Assembly: GCA_024679065.1 (NCBI GenBank)
Contig: JAGIQG010000004.1
Span: 31,620,001-31,684,000, forward strand
From: Sphyrna mokarran
Taxonomy: Eukaryota
DNA: 64,000 nucleotides
Direction: 5' to 3'
Below are positions 37,002-49,638 of this stretch, piece by piece. The translations under genes were made by a program, and so were the position numbers. The notes under the pieces were generated by a model that worked only from the letters and a program-made list of their open reading frames with translations, was not told the DNA's origin and ran no database searches. How positions within the stretch are numbered: the first letter of the stretch is position 1; each line of letters opens with the position of its first letter.

Positions 37002-38569
37002 TTAGAGGAGTAAAAATGTCTTACTGCAATTATTTGGAGCCTTGGTGAAACCTCATCTGGAATATTGTGTTAGGTTTTGGTCTCCTTACTTGAGGGATAT
37101 ACCTGCATTGGAAGCAGTTCAGGGAAAGTTCATTAACATGATTCTGGAGATGAAGGTTTTAACTTACGGGAGAACCTTAAACAGGCTTGGCCTGTGCTCA
37201 ATGGGGTTTGGAAGAATGAGAGATGATTTGAATGAAATATATAAATTCTGAGAGGGCTCAACAGGATAGCTGTTGAAAAGCTGTTTCCGTCAAGCTAGAA
37301 CTAAGAGGCACAGTTTGAAAATATAGACACAGATGAGGAGGAATTTATTTTCTCAGGGGGTCATTACTCTTAGAAATTCTCTTTCCCACTGAGTAGGAAT
37401 GGCTGAGTCATTGAATACATTCAGAGCTGATGTTACAGGCAGGATTTGTGTCATCCCTTCCAATCCATAATCAGAATATTTCTCCTCCCTCTGAGTGAGT
37501 TGGCTTAAGTTAAAATAAACTCAAGTTGCAGGATTCCTGGTAATTTTTAAAAATTAAGGATATTTGTTCTCACACACTTGTTTGAAAGCAAGATCTCGAA
37601 TCACTTGCCTCACTCATACTGTCACACACACAAAGATCAAATAAAGATGAGGTTAAAACTGTAATTATAAAAATGGTTCTAACTCAGTGTTTACCTCGAT
37701 GCAGAACTAATGTCTTTGTTGAGTTGATTTTCAGTTGGAGTGCTGATTTTTTTTTTAGAAACAAAGGGTTGTCAATAAGCTCTGAAGCCTCTTGTAGCCA
37801 AATAGCCAAGAAGCTAGTTCTGAGATGGATTTGGAAATCTAGTGATGTTGTGGCTGATGTACCTCTTTTTGTTGTTTTTGGAAACAGTCTCTTTTATCCA
37901 ATGAATGTAACAATTCATAAGCAAATCTTTAGCGTCTTTGTCCAGATGTATCTAAATGTTGTTTTTTCTCAGTTACAACTGGAAATAGTATTCACTGCAC
38001 TGAATGTACTGGCAACTGAGAGGAAACGTTCCAGGTTAGAGTATTAAGTGGCTGTATAGATTGAGATTGAACATCACAGATTAAATCAGAGTTTAAACCT
38101 GCTATGCTAATACTGGCAGATCATTTGATCTAGTACAAAGCATTTTATGGATATGGCACAGTATCGATGTCAGCACACTTTGATCTGATAACAGTCACTG
38201 ATAGCAAAGTGTTTTGTTTCGGAGTTTGCTTGATCAAAGTTATTAATGTCCACGCTTTCTCAAGGCTGTTGTGCGCCACAGAATAGAAGCCAATATATAC
38301 TTCTCCATGTGTGATCATGTTCCAGATTGGAAGAGTACCAATATTTATGGGTTTTTATCCTGTATTTATTATGAGATTGGTTTAATCTCATGCTTTTGTG
38401 ATAATTGACTGTGTCAAGGCTGGAGAAGATTGAACAGAAGATTAACAGCTATTCAAGTGAGCAAAAGATACACAGAATTTTCCCAAATATTCTTCTACTT
38501 ATGACAAGAATGATAATGTTGGCATCTTTGAACTCTATCAGTGATTTCTTTGAATGTTGAAAACAAAAG

Positions 38570-38696
38570 GAGCAGGATTTTTCTGGCCATGCTCACCCCA
38601 AGACCAGAAAATCCTACCTGAGGTCAATGGATCTTTGCATGGTCCTGTCCTGCCTTGCTACAATTCCCATATTGGTCTGGCCAGAGAATTCCACCC
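38570..38696. mobile_element. Harbinger-type mini-MITE
   Basis: GAGCAGGATTTTTCTGGCC...GGCCAGAGAATTCCACCC with an internal GAAAATCCTACCTGAGGTCAATGGA. Confidence 0.7.
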
Positions 38697-38807
38697 AAGG
38701 TGATAAAATAGGAAATTACAGATAGAGCAGACTCAGAAACAATGTGAAGGGCAAGTGTGAGAATAATGACTTCATGTTTGCAATGGTGCACGCAATATTA
38801 TTTTCTA

Positions 38808-38810
<3 letters not shown>

Positions 38811-38862
<52 letters not shown>
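38811..38862. repeat. (AC)n microsatellite
   Basis: About 26 perfect AC units. Confidence 0.99.
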
Positions 38863-38865
<3 letters not shown>

Positions 38866-39864
38866 AACCAGTTTTTCATTTGGTTTTTATATTCCAATCT
38901 TTGCATATTCCTGGAAGATGAAGTCCAAAACTCTATCTTGGACATTTCACTCAGGATATTTCTTATGGAGATTACCCTGGTTTCCCATTGTTATACAGCT
39001 TTAATATAAACACCTTCTAAGCATTCCAGTTTAATGAGACAAACAAAGGCAGTAATTCAGTTATTCCTTTATTTAACATTTCTAGTACCAACTCATTAAC
39101 TCTTTACCAAACTTTAACTTGAACTGAACATCAGCTCTCAACTAAACATTAACTCTTAAACTGCACTGAATATTAGTTTTAAGTATTTAACTGAAAACAG
39201 ATGATGCTGAGTTAGGAAAACCTTGGCTAAAAAATAACCTCAATGTAGAATCTACCTTCTTCTCTCTGAAGCATTCTTCAGAGACAAGCCTTATTGTGAT
39301 GGTTGTTCTCTTGGAGCTATCGCTGCCAAACAAGGGACTCAATAGTTCTCCACTTGCTTCTGGAAGATTCTCTATCATCCAGCCAACTGTGTCAACAGAA
39401 ACCGATCACATGGTTCAAACGTCCAATGAAATTACTTTTGAACACTGCCATGATAAACAACTTCCCTGACCTGACCAACACAGGAAACTTAGATCACAGC
39501 TCCCAGACCAGAGCTCCTTTTCAACTTGCACTTGGTTTTAATCTATAAATTGACTAAAATTCCCAGCAGGCTTGACTCCCTGCCAGAATACTCATTTTAA
39601 AGCCACCATTGCCATTATTGTTGTATCATTTAGTGGAGATGGGAATTAGTTTCCATATACTTTAGAAAAATCTTTGTCTGGAAACAGGGTGTGTTTCCAT
39701 TGTCTCACAGAGTATGTCACTCACTAACAATTCAGCCACTAACTGATTTTACACCGTCTGCTATCTTTGGCTTGTATGTCCATTACAAAAACTCACAGGC
39801 CTTATCTAAAGTTCAATATTTCCAGACATAATTCAGTGCATTTCCTTCATTGTTATGACACTGA

Positions 39865-40983
39865 GGGCCTGATTTTACCATTTTTATTCTAAGTGCTGAA
39901 TCTAGATGTAATTCAGATCCGATTTGGAAATCTGCTTTCAGGCGTCCCCATTAGCATTCAACCTGGGAAAAAAAATTGCAAGTCTGAAGCGCGCTGTGGG
40001 CAGGGCCTAGCACGCCCAAAACACTCGGAGCTCTGAACTGCACATACGCAGTTAGAAAATAATTGAAAAACTGCGCCGCTGTCAGCTCGCTCCCGAGCCA
40101 CAAATAGCTGATAAAGCAATCTGGGAGTGAAATGCAAGAGCAATGGCTCCCACAGACATCACTGTCCCTCTGATCCACACCTCCCCCCATTACCCACTGA
40201 TATCACTGTCCTCCTTATCCACCCACATCTCCGCCCTCCAGAATGATCGTGACCCCTGACGCCTTCCCCCCACCAATCCCCCCCAAAAACCCCACCTGGC
40301 CTCACTCCCCCACCGCTGGACAATGATCCTGTCATGTCTCCGTTCCCCTCCCCCGCCCCAGAAAATGACCTGGCCTCACTTCCTCCCTGCTTCCCGGAGA
40401 ATGATCTGGACTCACTCCTGCACCCGCCCTCCCACCCCTACTAAGAGAATGATCTGACCTCACTCCCCCTGCAAGAGAATGATCTGGTGTCACTCCCCCA
40501 CCTGCCCTCCCCACCCCCTCATCACCAGACAACGATTGACCTCCTCCCTACCCCCCGAACAACAATGGTCTGGCCTCACTTCCCTCCCCCCCCCCCCCCC
40601 CCCCCCAACCAGAGTATGATCTGACCCCACCAATCTGAGTCAGGGAGCCATTGGAAGCTCTGAACTCACTTCTTCAGCAGCTGGACTGCCCAAAACAGAG
40701 TTTCATTCAGCAGGTCCATTTCGGCATGATTCCCCATTGATGAATGCAATGCTAAAGGGGGAATGCTGATAAAGTTGGGCGGGCATTTTGTTAATTTAAT
40801 TTAAATGCGAGCAAATGCATTTAAATTGCTGTTATGCCCATTTCGGGTGCGAATCTGATCATGCCCATTCCTGGGGTCCAGTAAAGTGGCCATCTGGGTG
40901 GGCATGGGTTGCATTAATGGCTTCACACCTGACTTTATTTCTGCACCCTAAAACAAGTGCAACACAATGGTAAAATAGGGCCC
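39865..40983. mobile_element. Non-autonomous PIF/Harbinger-type DNA transposon (1.1 kb) with internal C-rich minisatellite
   Basis: TIRs GGGCCTGATTTTACCATT / AATGGTAAAATAGGGCCC and a 3-bp TSD TGA/TGA. Confidence 0.85.
40240..40635. repeat. Degenerate tandem repeat (AGAATGATCTGGCCTCACTCCCC-like) with a C21 run
   Basis: About 9-10 variable units; poly-C at 40586-40606. Confidence 0.85.
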
Positions 40984-41477
40984 TGATAATAATTGAGAAG
41001 CTCCAGAATGTCAAAGTTTCAGTAGAGAAATGTTTATTTTGTGTTTACAAGATAAAGAAGAATTTATCAGAAATGAAGGCCAGTTGAGGTCATATACAAT
41101 TAGAAAATGCCTACAGACAGTTCCCATTGAAATCTTCAAATTAAAAATAGAAAAAATTGATGTTATTATTTTGATGCAAATTAAAATCTGGAAGAGGATG
41201 CTAATTGGAGTCTTGTGGGAGAAGATGACCCATGAAAGGACATTTACAAAATATGCAGCATGGATGAAATTGAAGACTTGGGTTTGTATTACTAATTGAT
41301 TACTTTAAATTTGCCAACTCACTAAAGTGATTTGTGTGTGTCAGAAGTGTGGGTGAGATGCTGCTGAAATCTGATCTGCACGGGTTTAACATCAAGACAC
41401 AGCCACAATGCCGAGAAAAGGACAGCAATGTCCAGGTCCACCATCCCCATACTGGCCAGTGATCTTTTATTAGTGGC

Positions 41478-42058
41478 CTGGTGGCACAGTGATTAGCATT
41501 GCTGCTTCACAGTGCCAGGGACCCAGGTTCAATTCTTAGCTTGGGTCACTGCCTGTGTGGAGTCATAGAATCCACAGTGTAGAGTCCTACAGTGCAGAAG
41601 TAGGCTATTCAACCCATCAGGTCTGCAATCCCACCCAGGCCCTATCCCCATAAACCCATGCATTTACCCTAGCTAATCCCCCTGACACTAAGGGGCAATT
41701 TAGCATGACCAATCCACGTAATCCACATGTCTTTAGACTGTGGTAGGAAATCCATGTCGACACAGGGAGAATGTGCAAACTCCACACAGAGAGTGACCCA
41801 AGCCAGGAATCAAACCGGACTCCTGTGCTGCGAGACAATAGTGCTAACTAATGTGCCATCATGCAACCCCAGTCTGCACATTCTCCCTGTGTCTGCATGG
41901 GTTTCCTTCCAGGGACTCCGGTTTTCTTCTGCAGTAAGAAGACATGCTGGTTAAGTTCATTGGCTATGCTACATTTTCTCTCAGTATACCCGAACAGGTG
42001 CTGGATTGTGGTGGCTTGGGGATTTTCACAATAACTTCATTACAGTGTTAATGTAAGC
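41478..42058 (+). mobile_element. Type-B-tail V-SINE interrupted by an antisense CR1-tail V-SINE (41565-41865)
   Basis: The head ends at TGTGTGGAGTC (41564) and resumes at AGTCTGCACATTCTCCC (41871). The inner element is a complete minus-strand HE1-type copy. Confidence 0.85.
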
Positions 42059-43029
42059 AGAATTCTGATTGCTTCTGGATTTAATAGATTAGAAGCTTAC
42101 TGCTTTGGAGCATATGGCCATTTCTAACAGATTCAATGACATCTTCAAGATTAAAGTGCTATTTTAATATCCTCGTTAGTGGATTGCGTTGTGCCTTCCA
42201 AATCCAAATTTCTTTAGACCAATAAATGCCAAGGGAAGACTTTGTTCAAAGACTCATTTATTTCCTCCAAAGAAAATGAACCATTTCTGCTTGCTCTAGT
42301 TGCTGTAATTTAATCAATAGCTGCCATAACAAGTTACTATCTCTCTCATCTGATCTGATAATGCTTAGAACTTGAAAAAAATATAAAGATTGAATTACTA
42401 ATAAATATTTCCAATGCTAATCATGGCCTTAATCTCCTTTCCTAGTCACTTTTTTTAAAATTCAAAGGATATCCTCAGCATCAAATGCTGATATAGCAAA
42501 ATGTAAATGGTATTCAGTGAGACAACACCAGAAACATATGTAAATAGGCTTTAATACCATGATTACAGAAAAGATTTGAAATGATTGAAACCTAAAACAT
42601 GAATGGAGTTAATTATTATATGGTTAGACCACCCACATCTGATCTCTCTAAGCCAAGTTCTTTCATCATTCGTCCAACTATCAGCTGAATGAAGAATTGG
42701 ATCAAACCATGAAAAATTAAATCAATTACGGCAATTCAATTTTTGAAATTAAATTGCAGAGTACAAAATGTTTTCCTTTAGTACTTTTGGGATAGAAAAA
42801 TTGACAATACGGATTAATTATGCAGTCATACCAATTCATATTCTCCCCTTGATATGGATAATCATTAAATCACATAAATGTATATTTTGAGATTCTAGTT
42901 GTCCCAGTTTTACCTTTAAGTAATCAGTTTTAAACCTTGTCAAAATCCAATTTGATTTATCAGTTTATATCACTGAAGAGGTGTTCTCTACTTCTGCAAC
43001 TGTGAGCAATATCTGATAAAATTTATTAC

Positions 43030-43800
43030 TGTTATGGTAACCCTCACCAGATTCATGGGAATCACTACTTGATCTCCCTGTGGGATTCTTAGAGTATGAG
43101 TTCCCCTGGTAGCAGGCAGTGGCCTGCCCAGCTGGACCTCATTGCCTGAGGCAGGTCCGGGAATAGATAGTAGCAGACATTAATGTGTGTATACCACGGT
43201 AGTGTTTTTATTTTGTCCTCTCTAATAGACTATGTTCCTATTTGGTCAGACGTCTTGAGTCATTATATTGGCGATAAGGAACAAGAAATATTTTGGAAGC
43301 CATTGCCTTTCAATGAACTCTGTAAGACAGTGATGGGAATATATTGAAAATGCCACTGTTTGGGAAACAGGAAACTTATAATGCGGGTGTGGAGGATTAA
43401 GCTGAAAGAGTACAATATTTCTGCACAAACAAAATAGAAAAGGCAACCGGTAAAGAGTCCTCATGACCTCTTGAGGGCTGTGACTTTCAGCATCATGAAA
43501 GGTTTGACCTACTTGGCAAACTTTTTTAATAAAACAGGGTTTGAACCATTATGACACTAAACCATTTGTTACATTGCAATGCTATAGGTTTACCATGGCA
43601 ATAGACTCTCTGGGGAAGCAATCTCTGAATTCTTGTCAGGACTTTGGAAATTGGTGGAACATTGAGTATGGGCCAGCACTTCTGGAAATAGTAAGGGATT
43701 ATTTAGAATATGGAATTAATAATATTTTGACCCAAAGGAAGTTATTGATTGAACCAATTCCATAAAGAAAGCCATCGAACTGGCCCTTTCACACAAAAAT
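43030..43800 (+). mobile_element. Gypsy 5' LTR, PBS-like site and gag remnant
   Basis: TGTTATGG start, TGGCGATAAGG PBS-like site at about 43269, and decayed gag-like readings HYDTKPFVTLQCYRF and KAIELALS. Confidence 0.55.
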
Positions 43801-44187
43801 TCGAAATAATGGGCCCAGGAGATCCAGGTATTGTCCTTAGCCTTGGATAAGCCTCATAACACAGTCCCCAGGGGATAATGCACGCATCTCCCATTTGCTA
43901 TCAAGGAAGAGTGATTGGCATCAGAAATGGTTTCTCTCCAGCTACCCTATCAGTTCTCCTTAGCATCATAAAAATGTCAACCAAATCACCTCTTAACCTT
44001 CTAAATTCTAGGCAATACAACATTAGTCTGTGTCATCCTAAAACTTGGAATCCAGGCATCGTTCTGCTACATCTCTGCTGTATTTGCTTCAAGACCAATA
44101 CATTGTCTCAAGAGTGTGGTGCTCAGGAATGAACATTGCTCCAGGGCATTTTATAGTGTAGCGTAGCTGCCATCCTCTCATATAGAG

Positions 44188-44478
44188 GATGACACAGTGG
44201 CACAGTGGTCAGCATTGCTGCCTCACAGGTTTGATTTCTGGCTTGGGTCACTATCTATGTGGAATCTACACGTTCTCTCCATGTCTGCGTGTGCTTGTTT
44301 TGGGTGCTGTGGTTTCCTCCCACAGTCTGGTTAGGTGCATTGGCCGTGCTAAATTCTCCCTTTGTGTACCCAAACAGGCACACAGGCTGCGTGTGGCAAC
44401 TAGGGGATTTTCACAGTAACGTCATTGCAGTGTTAATATAAGCCTACTTGTTACGTTAATAAATAAACTTGAACTTAA
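44188..44478 (+). mobile_element. Type-B-tail V-SINE inserted in an old antisense CR1 (about 43960-45290)
   Basis: Head, V-domain and tail ending AAGCCTACTTG...AATAAATAAACTT. Confidence 0.82.
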
Positions 44479-44789
44479 ACCATCGTAGTCGTACAGATAT
44501 AAAAGCTAGTACTCCTCTTGGCTTTTTGATCAATAATATTTTAGTGATCTATGGACTCAGACCCCACCTCTCTTTGGAGTTCCATGCTTCTCACTTTTCA
44601 TCAGTTAAAAAGTGAGGTTTAAAATGGGTGAGCTTATACAAGCCAACACTGAAATTCACTAGATATTCCCCATATCCACCACTTTAGCTATCGCTTCAAC
44701 AATTCAGCCAGGTGTAGCATAACCAACCCTTCACAAATCCATGCTGGTTCTCTCTGATCAGCCAGCCATTTCCAAGATGTCCACTCATT

Positions 44790-44913
44790 GGCCCTGATTT
44801 TACCGGCATGGCTACCGAGGCTCGTAAGATCATGCTTAAGGCCAATGGGGAATGCCAATCTGCGAGTCTCACTCATCCCAATTTTGGGGCGGCCGTGCTG
44901 GTAAAATAGGGCC
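44790..44913. mobile_element. 124-bp MITE sharing TIRs with the 39865-40983 element
   Basis: GGCCCTGATTTTACC...GGTAAAATAGGGCC. Confidence 0.8.
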
Positions 44914-46237
44914 TTTTTATCTCTATTATAAACTTGAGTAGTTTCCCGATAACAGATATTGAGCTATCTGGTAAGCAATTGGCCTTCTCCAGTTGTTTTT
45001 GTATATTCAAGAGTGACAATTTAAAGGAACGGTTCCTGAATTGAGAGAATTTTGGAAGATTGCAGTTAGAACACCAGCAATGTTCTCTACTATTTCTTGT
45101 AAATCCTGAGATGGAAGCCATTTTGTCTGGGAATTTATCATCCTTCAGTTCCATTATGTTCTTCATTCATGCTATTTTGCTTTGGTTAATTTTGGTAAAT
45201 CTGTGTCCCTGATTCCATGTTAGTTTCTTTGGGATGGCCGGTATGTATTGGAATACTGAAGCAAAGTAATTGCGCAAAATTTCAACCTTCTGGCCTCATT
45301 CGATCTGATGTACACGTCATTTTAGTATCAAGCTATGTGCTTGACCTTTAAATGTTAGGCCCAGGAACCAAAGTCATTATTTCTGCTGTTTATCATAACA
45401 TTTTAAATTCTTCTTCACGACCTGTACTGCATTTACTAAGACTTGATTGTGTGGAAGAGTAATTGTGAAGTTGTCAATGTTTACCATCATTATGGAGTAA
45501 ATAGGCAGCAACCTCCTGCATTTCACACATGGGCAGGTAAATGAGCTAATTGCCCTGGGACCATCCCTTTCCCACTCCTTATCTCATTTTCTGCACATGA
45601 TTTTACATTGAAGTAAATATTCCTACTCATACTTACTGATTCAGAGTTTGTGAAGGGCATTCTAATGCCAAAACCAAATGGGTTTGAATCAGGTGGGCTA
45701 TGAAGTCTTTTAAAATCTCAAATGGAACCCAACTCACCTCAAACATCTTCATTTTTTTGAAGAAGAATGGGAACAGGAACTAACCTGCTCCCAAGTGGGC
45801 AGTTTGGTCATCCAAATATTACAATGAGTCTGTGCGCCTCCGACATTATCCGTTTTCCACCTTTAACTCAAGGTCTCAGGAAACTCTGAAGCTAAAAGGG
45901 CAGCTGAGTGCAATAGTGAGAGCTTTATGTGATGCTTCTGAATCAGTTGGGGCAGGAGTTCTTCTTTGCAGCCCACCAAACCTACATGATTTCCCCCCCT
46001 ATGAGTTTGTTGTTTCCTCCCTGTTCAAAGGCCAGATATCTCCCTCCCATATTCCTCCCATCATTCCTCCCATATTCAGTGTTTTTGTAGAATGGAACTT
46101 TCCAGAGGTTAATGGTTGTTTTGTGAGGCAACTTTGCACGCAGAAATGTGTTTGTAAATGTCAGCTCAGAAGTACATGGTATACAAGATTGTTTTACACT
46201 TTTGAAGCTGCGATGCCTAGAGTGTGAAGTAGAAGTA

Positions 46238-46480
46238 GTGGGCAGCATGGTCAGCATTGCTGCCTCACAGCAATAGTTCAATTCCAGCCTTGAGTAACCA
46301 TCTGTGTGGAGTTTGCTCATTCTCCCCGTGTCTGTGTGGGTTATCTTCAGGGGCTTTGATTTCCTCCCACAGCCCAAAGATGTGCAGGTTATACTATATG
46401 GGATTACAAGGATAGGGCAAGAGAGAGGGCTTGGGTAAGATACTCTGTCAGAGTACTCAATAGGCTGAGTAGGGATTTTG
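46238..46480 (+). mobile_element. HE1-type V-SINE
   Basis: Shortened head, V-domain and degenerate tail. Confidence 0.75.
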
Positions 46481-47049
46481 TGAAGTACAATATGGCAACA
46501 TTGCTAAATAAGACAGCTCTCCACTGTGACAGTGTCACCGGGAGTGATAGTTGCTGCCGGTAATACAATGAGGTTTACAAGGGGTGATAGTGGAATCCCT
46601 GGAGGGAGATGAGTGGGATGAGATGGAGGTCACGGGGAAGGCCATAAGAAGGAGAAGATGGTGGATGCAAGGGCACGTGGGAAGGCATTCAGCAGGCACC
46701 CACTTCCTGAGCTGAGTTTGCCAATTGGGCACTGAGTAGTTTTGAAAGAGGTACCACGTGAAAGGCCATTGGCAAACTCGGCACGGTTTTCTGGATGACC
46801 TTCAGGAGACATAGAAAGCCGATGCAAGAACCATCATTATCTCCTGGTGGGCTCACTAGTGAGCCTAATTTGACAGCGGCTGGGTTCTTGTATCTACCCA
46901 TTCCTGCCACCGACATAATAGGGGTCAGTTTTCCCACTGGTGGGAAGGGAATGTGTGATGATGTGGGCCCATGTCCACACATAGCTTTCTACTCCACTCC
47001 ACCACTACCATCCCATTTTGGGAGCCTCCATTAGCTAATATTGTTCTTA

Positions 47050-47232
47050 TTTTTCCCTTACATACCCAAACCCCCACCCATAATCCCCAATCCGCCCCCC
47101 TTCTCCACTCACCTGATGGAGAGGCAGTGCTCCGAAAGCTTGTGCTACAAAATAAACCTGTCGGATTTTAACCTGGTGTTGTGAGACTTCTTACTGTGCT
47201 TATCCTAGTCCAACACTGGCATCTCCACATCA
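47050..47232 (+). mobile_element. Penelope-like pLTR (family B) with mutated hammerhead
   Basis: CAC-CTGATGG...GCAGTGCTCC-GAAAGCTT-GTG, then AATAAACCTG...CATCTCCACATCA. A family A remnant follows at about 47290-47405. Confidence 0.78.
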
Positions 47233-48961
47233 CCTTCCCCTGTACTTGCCTAAAAACTATTTAATCTTTAAACCTTTAACTTTGCCAGCACTGAGAAATG
47301 ACCTGAAGCAATCACTTTCTTCCCATAGATACTGCCTGGCCTGTTAAGTATTTCCAGTGATTTTTCTATTCTAATTTCTATCCAACATCTACAAGATGTT
47401 GCTCTTTTCCCTCATTTTAGAAAATTTACCCCAATTTTTGTAATCCCTATCCCTGAAAGGTGCTAGAACAATGAACAAATATGAATAATAAGGAATGGAA
47501 ACTTTCATCCCATCATCCCATATGTCCCATAGTAGTAGAAACAACACTACTCCAGTCTAATGGGACAGTTCTTGTTATGGACATTCCCTACTGGCATGCT
47601 TCTGCTGTCCCAGCAGCCCTGAGATTTACCCACCTTCAGATATAGCATTCTTATAGTGCAGAAGGAAGCCATTTAACCCTTCGCATCTGCACCAACAACA
47701 ATCCCACCTAGATATTTCTACAGTATGTTCTTGAACAATGGGAGCTTTCTCCTCTTTGCCAGATTTTCTCCACTTTCTTCTCCATCTACAGTGAATGTTT
47801 ACACCTCCTCTGTAACTTTTGTTTCACTTGTCTCCTTAGGCATATCCCCCTGTCCCATCAGACTTATTGTCATTTAATAACTTCTGTTTTCTATGCGAAC
47901 ACAAAGTTCCCTCTCAATTCTTTGTAATCTTCTCTCTCACTGTAGATTTGTGTCAGTGCACCATTCTTGTTCACCATCCTGTCCCAGTTCTTCAGGATAG
48001 GAAATTTGGATAGGATGGCTTATGGTACTCACAGAATCCTTACAGTGCAGAAGGAGTCCTTTTGGCTCATCAAGTCTGCACTGATCACAATCCCATCCAG
48101 GCCCTATCCCCATAACCTCTCGTATTTACCCTACCAATCCCCTGACACTAGGGCTAATTTAACAAGGCCAATCAACCTAAGATGGTCACCTTGTGGGTGT
48201 GTCTCTAAAGTTACACCTGATTGCCCAAGAGAAAAAGGAGTTGAAAATAAAATCAGCACTATTTTTAACATTGATTAAATATTCAATAAAGTTTTGCAAG
48301 TTTCCTGATAACTCTGAAGCGATGTGGAGAATTATAATGCCTTGGTCAGTTCCTACAGAGAATCCCAACAAGCTAGTGTCTGCCTGTACAAAGACTGATA
48401 ACTATGTATGTGAGTGGGTGTGAAGAACTCAACTGTCTTACAGTTAATGAATTGCACACATCTAGTTTTGCCTATCACAAGAGGACAGCTGTGGGAGGAG
48501 AAGGACTCAATCCAGAGAAAATACATGTAATTGTCAAATTGCACAGAGACACAAAGGGTTTGTATGCCGCTGAATGATTAATTCTTTTCTCTAATGACTG
48601 GGAAGCTGATGAGAATACAATGTCGCCTTCATTTCATAAATGTTTTGCTTTCACTTTTATAAAAAATTCCCATGTAATAGTAATACATTTCTTATGTTAG
48701 CTGAATTAAAATGAAACCAGGGCTTGGTGTAATTCAGATTTCAGTTTCTGGTTCCAGGGAGATGATATAGAGAGCATTCCGACAGTTGGAATCACACTGC
48801 TTTCATTACACGGAAGCATGCTGATGTATAATTTAGAGCTGGTGTTATGCAAGAATGTGTGAGAAACAAATATCAATGCGTTTACCATACTGAGTGAACG
48901 ACTGCACAATATTTTTCAGCAAATGATAAATGTTCTTCCAGTACTTTTTATGTTATGCATC

Positions 48962-49159
48962 CACAATTTAAATGTGAAGTGTGCAGGTCCAGAGCCACCA
49001 GTGCAACAACTACAGTGCCTATGCAAGTCTGTCCAACATGTGCCAGGGTATTCCATGCCCAAATTGGACTGATCAGTCATCTTTGGACACATCACATCCA
49101 GCCTCAAAATGACTAATGGTGCCGAGGTCCTCATCGACGATGATCGACGAACAACAACA
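48962..49159 (+). mobile_element. RTE-clade LINE 3' end with C2H2 zinc finger and (CAA)n tail
   Basis: 49021-49116 reads MQVCPTCARVFHAQIGLISHLWTH...*, with tail GACGAACAACAACA. A possible TSD is TGTTATGCATC/TACTATGCATC. Confidence 0.8.
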
Positions 49160-49194
49160 TACTATGCATCAGTTTGTGCCAGGATGTTAGTACA

Positions 49195-49455
49195 GGTGGC
49201 ATGATGGCACAGTGGTTAGCACTGTTGCCTCATGGTGCCTGGGACCAAGACTCCAGACTGGCTGTGTGGAGTTTGCATGTTCTCCCCATGTCTCCACGGT
49301 CCAAAGATGTGAAGGTTGGAAGGATTGGCCATGATAAATGTGCAGGGATAGGGCAAAGGGGAGGATCTGGACAGGTTGCCTTTTTGGAATGCTGGTGCTG
49401 ACTTGATGGGCTGAATGGTCTATTTCTGCACTCAGGATTCTGATGTTCTATGGTA
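49195..49455 (+). mobile_element. HE1-type V-SINE (deleted variant)
   Basis: A box TGGCACAGTGG, partial V-domain and CR1 tail. Confidence 0.75.
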
Positions 49456-49638
49456 CATTAAAATATCACTTGTTCATATGGACAACCATAACTTAGCCAC
49501 ATAGTCTTTGCATTTGCAGTGACACTATTGATATTAAGTATGGCCATTTGTTATTGAATCATGTCAATTTGTATGTGTCTATAATCAAATAGTTTCTGCA
49601 AACTTTAAATTTCAATCTAAAGTTAAAAAAAAAACAAA

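Larger units (their letters stand above)
35650..37430 (+). mobile_element. Old CR1 RT region carrying nested insertions
   Basis: SQHGFMK, LDFQKAF, KFADDTKL and VKPHLEYCVRFWSPYL, with many stops. Confidence 0.9.
37431..39860. mobile_element. Non-coding TG...CA element flanked by CTGA/CTGA (LTR-like)
   Basis: TGTTACA...TATGACA termini, with the 4-bp repeat CTGA at 37427-37430 and 39861-39864. No coding motifs recognised. Confidence 0.45.

Noticed and set aside
38744-39004. ORF with a poly-(TH) tract
   Set aside because: Translation of the (AC)n microsatellite.
40240-40635. CRISPR-like repeat-spacer array
   Set aside because: The units are degenerate with low-complexity C-rich spacers, lie inside a eukaryotic TIR element, and no cas genes are present.
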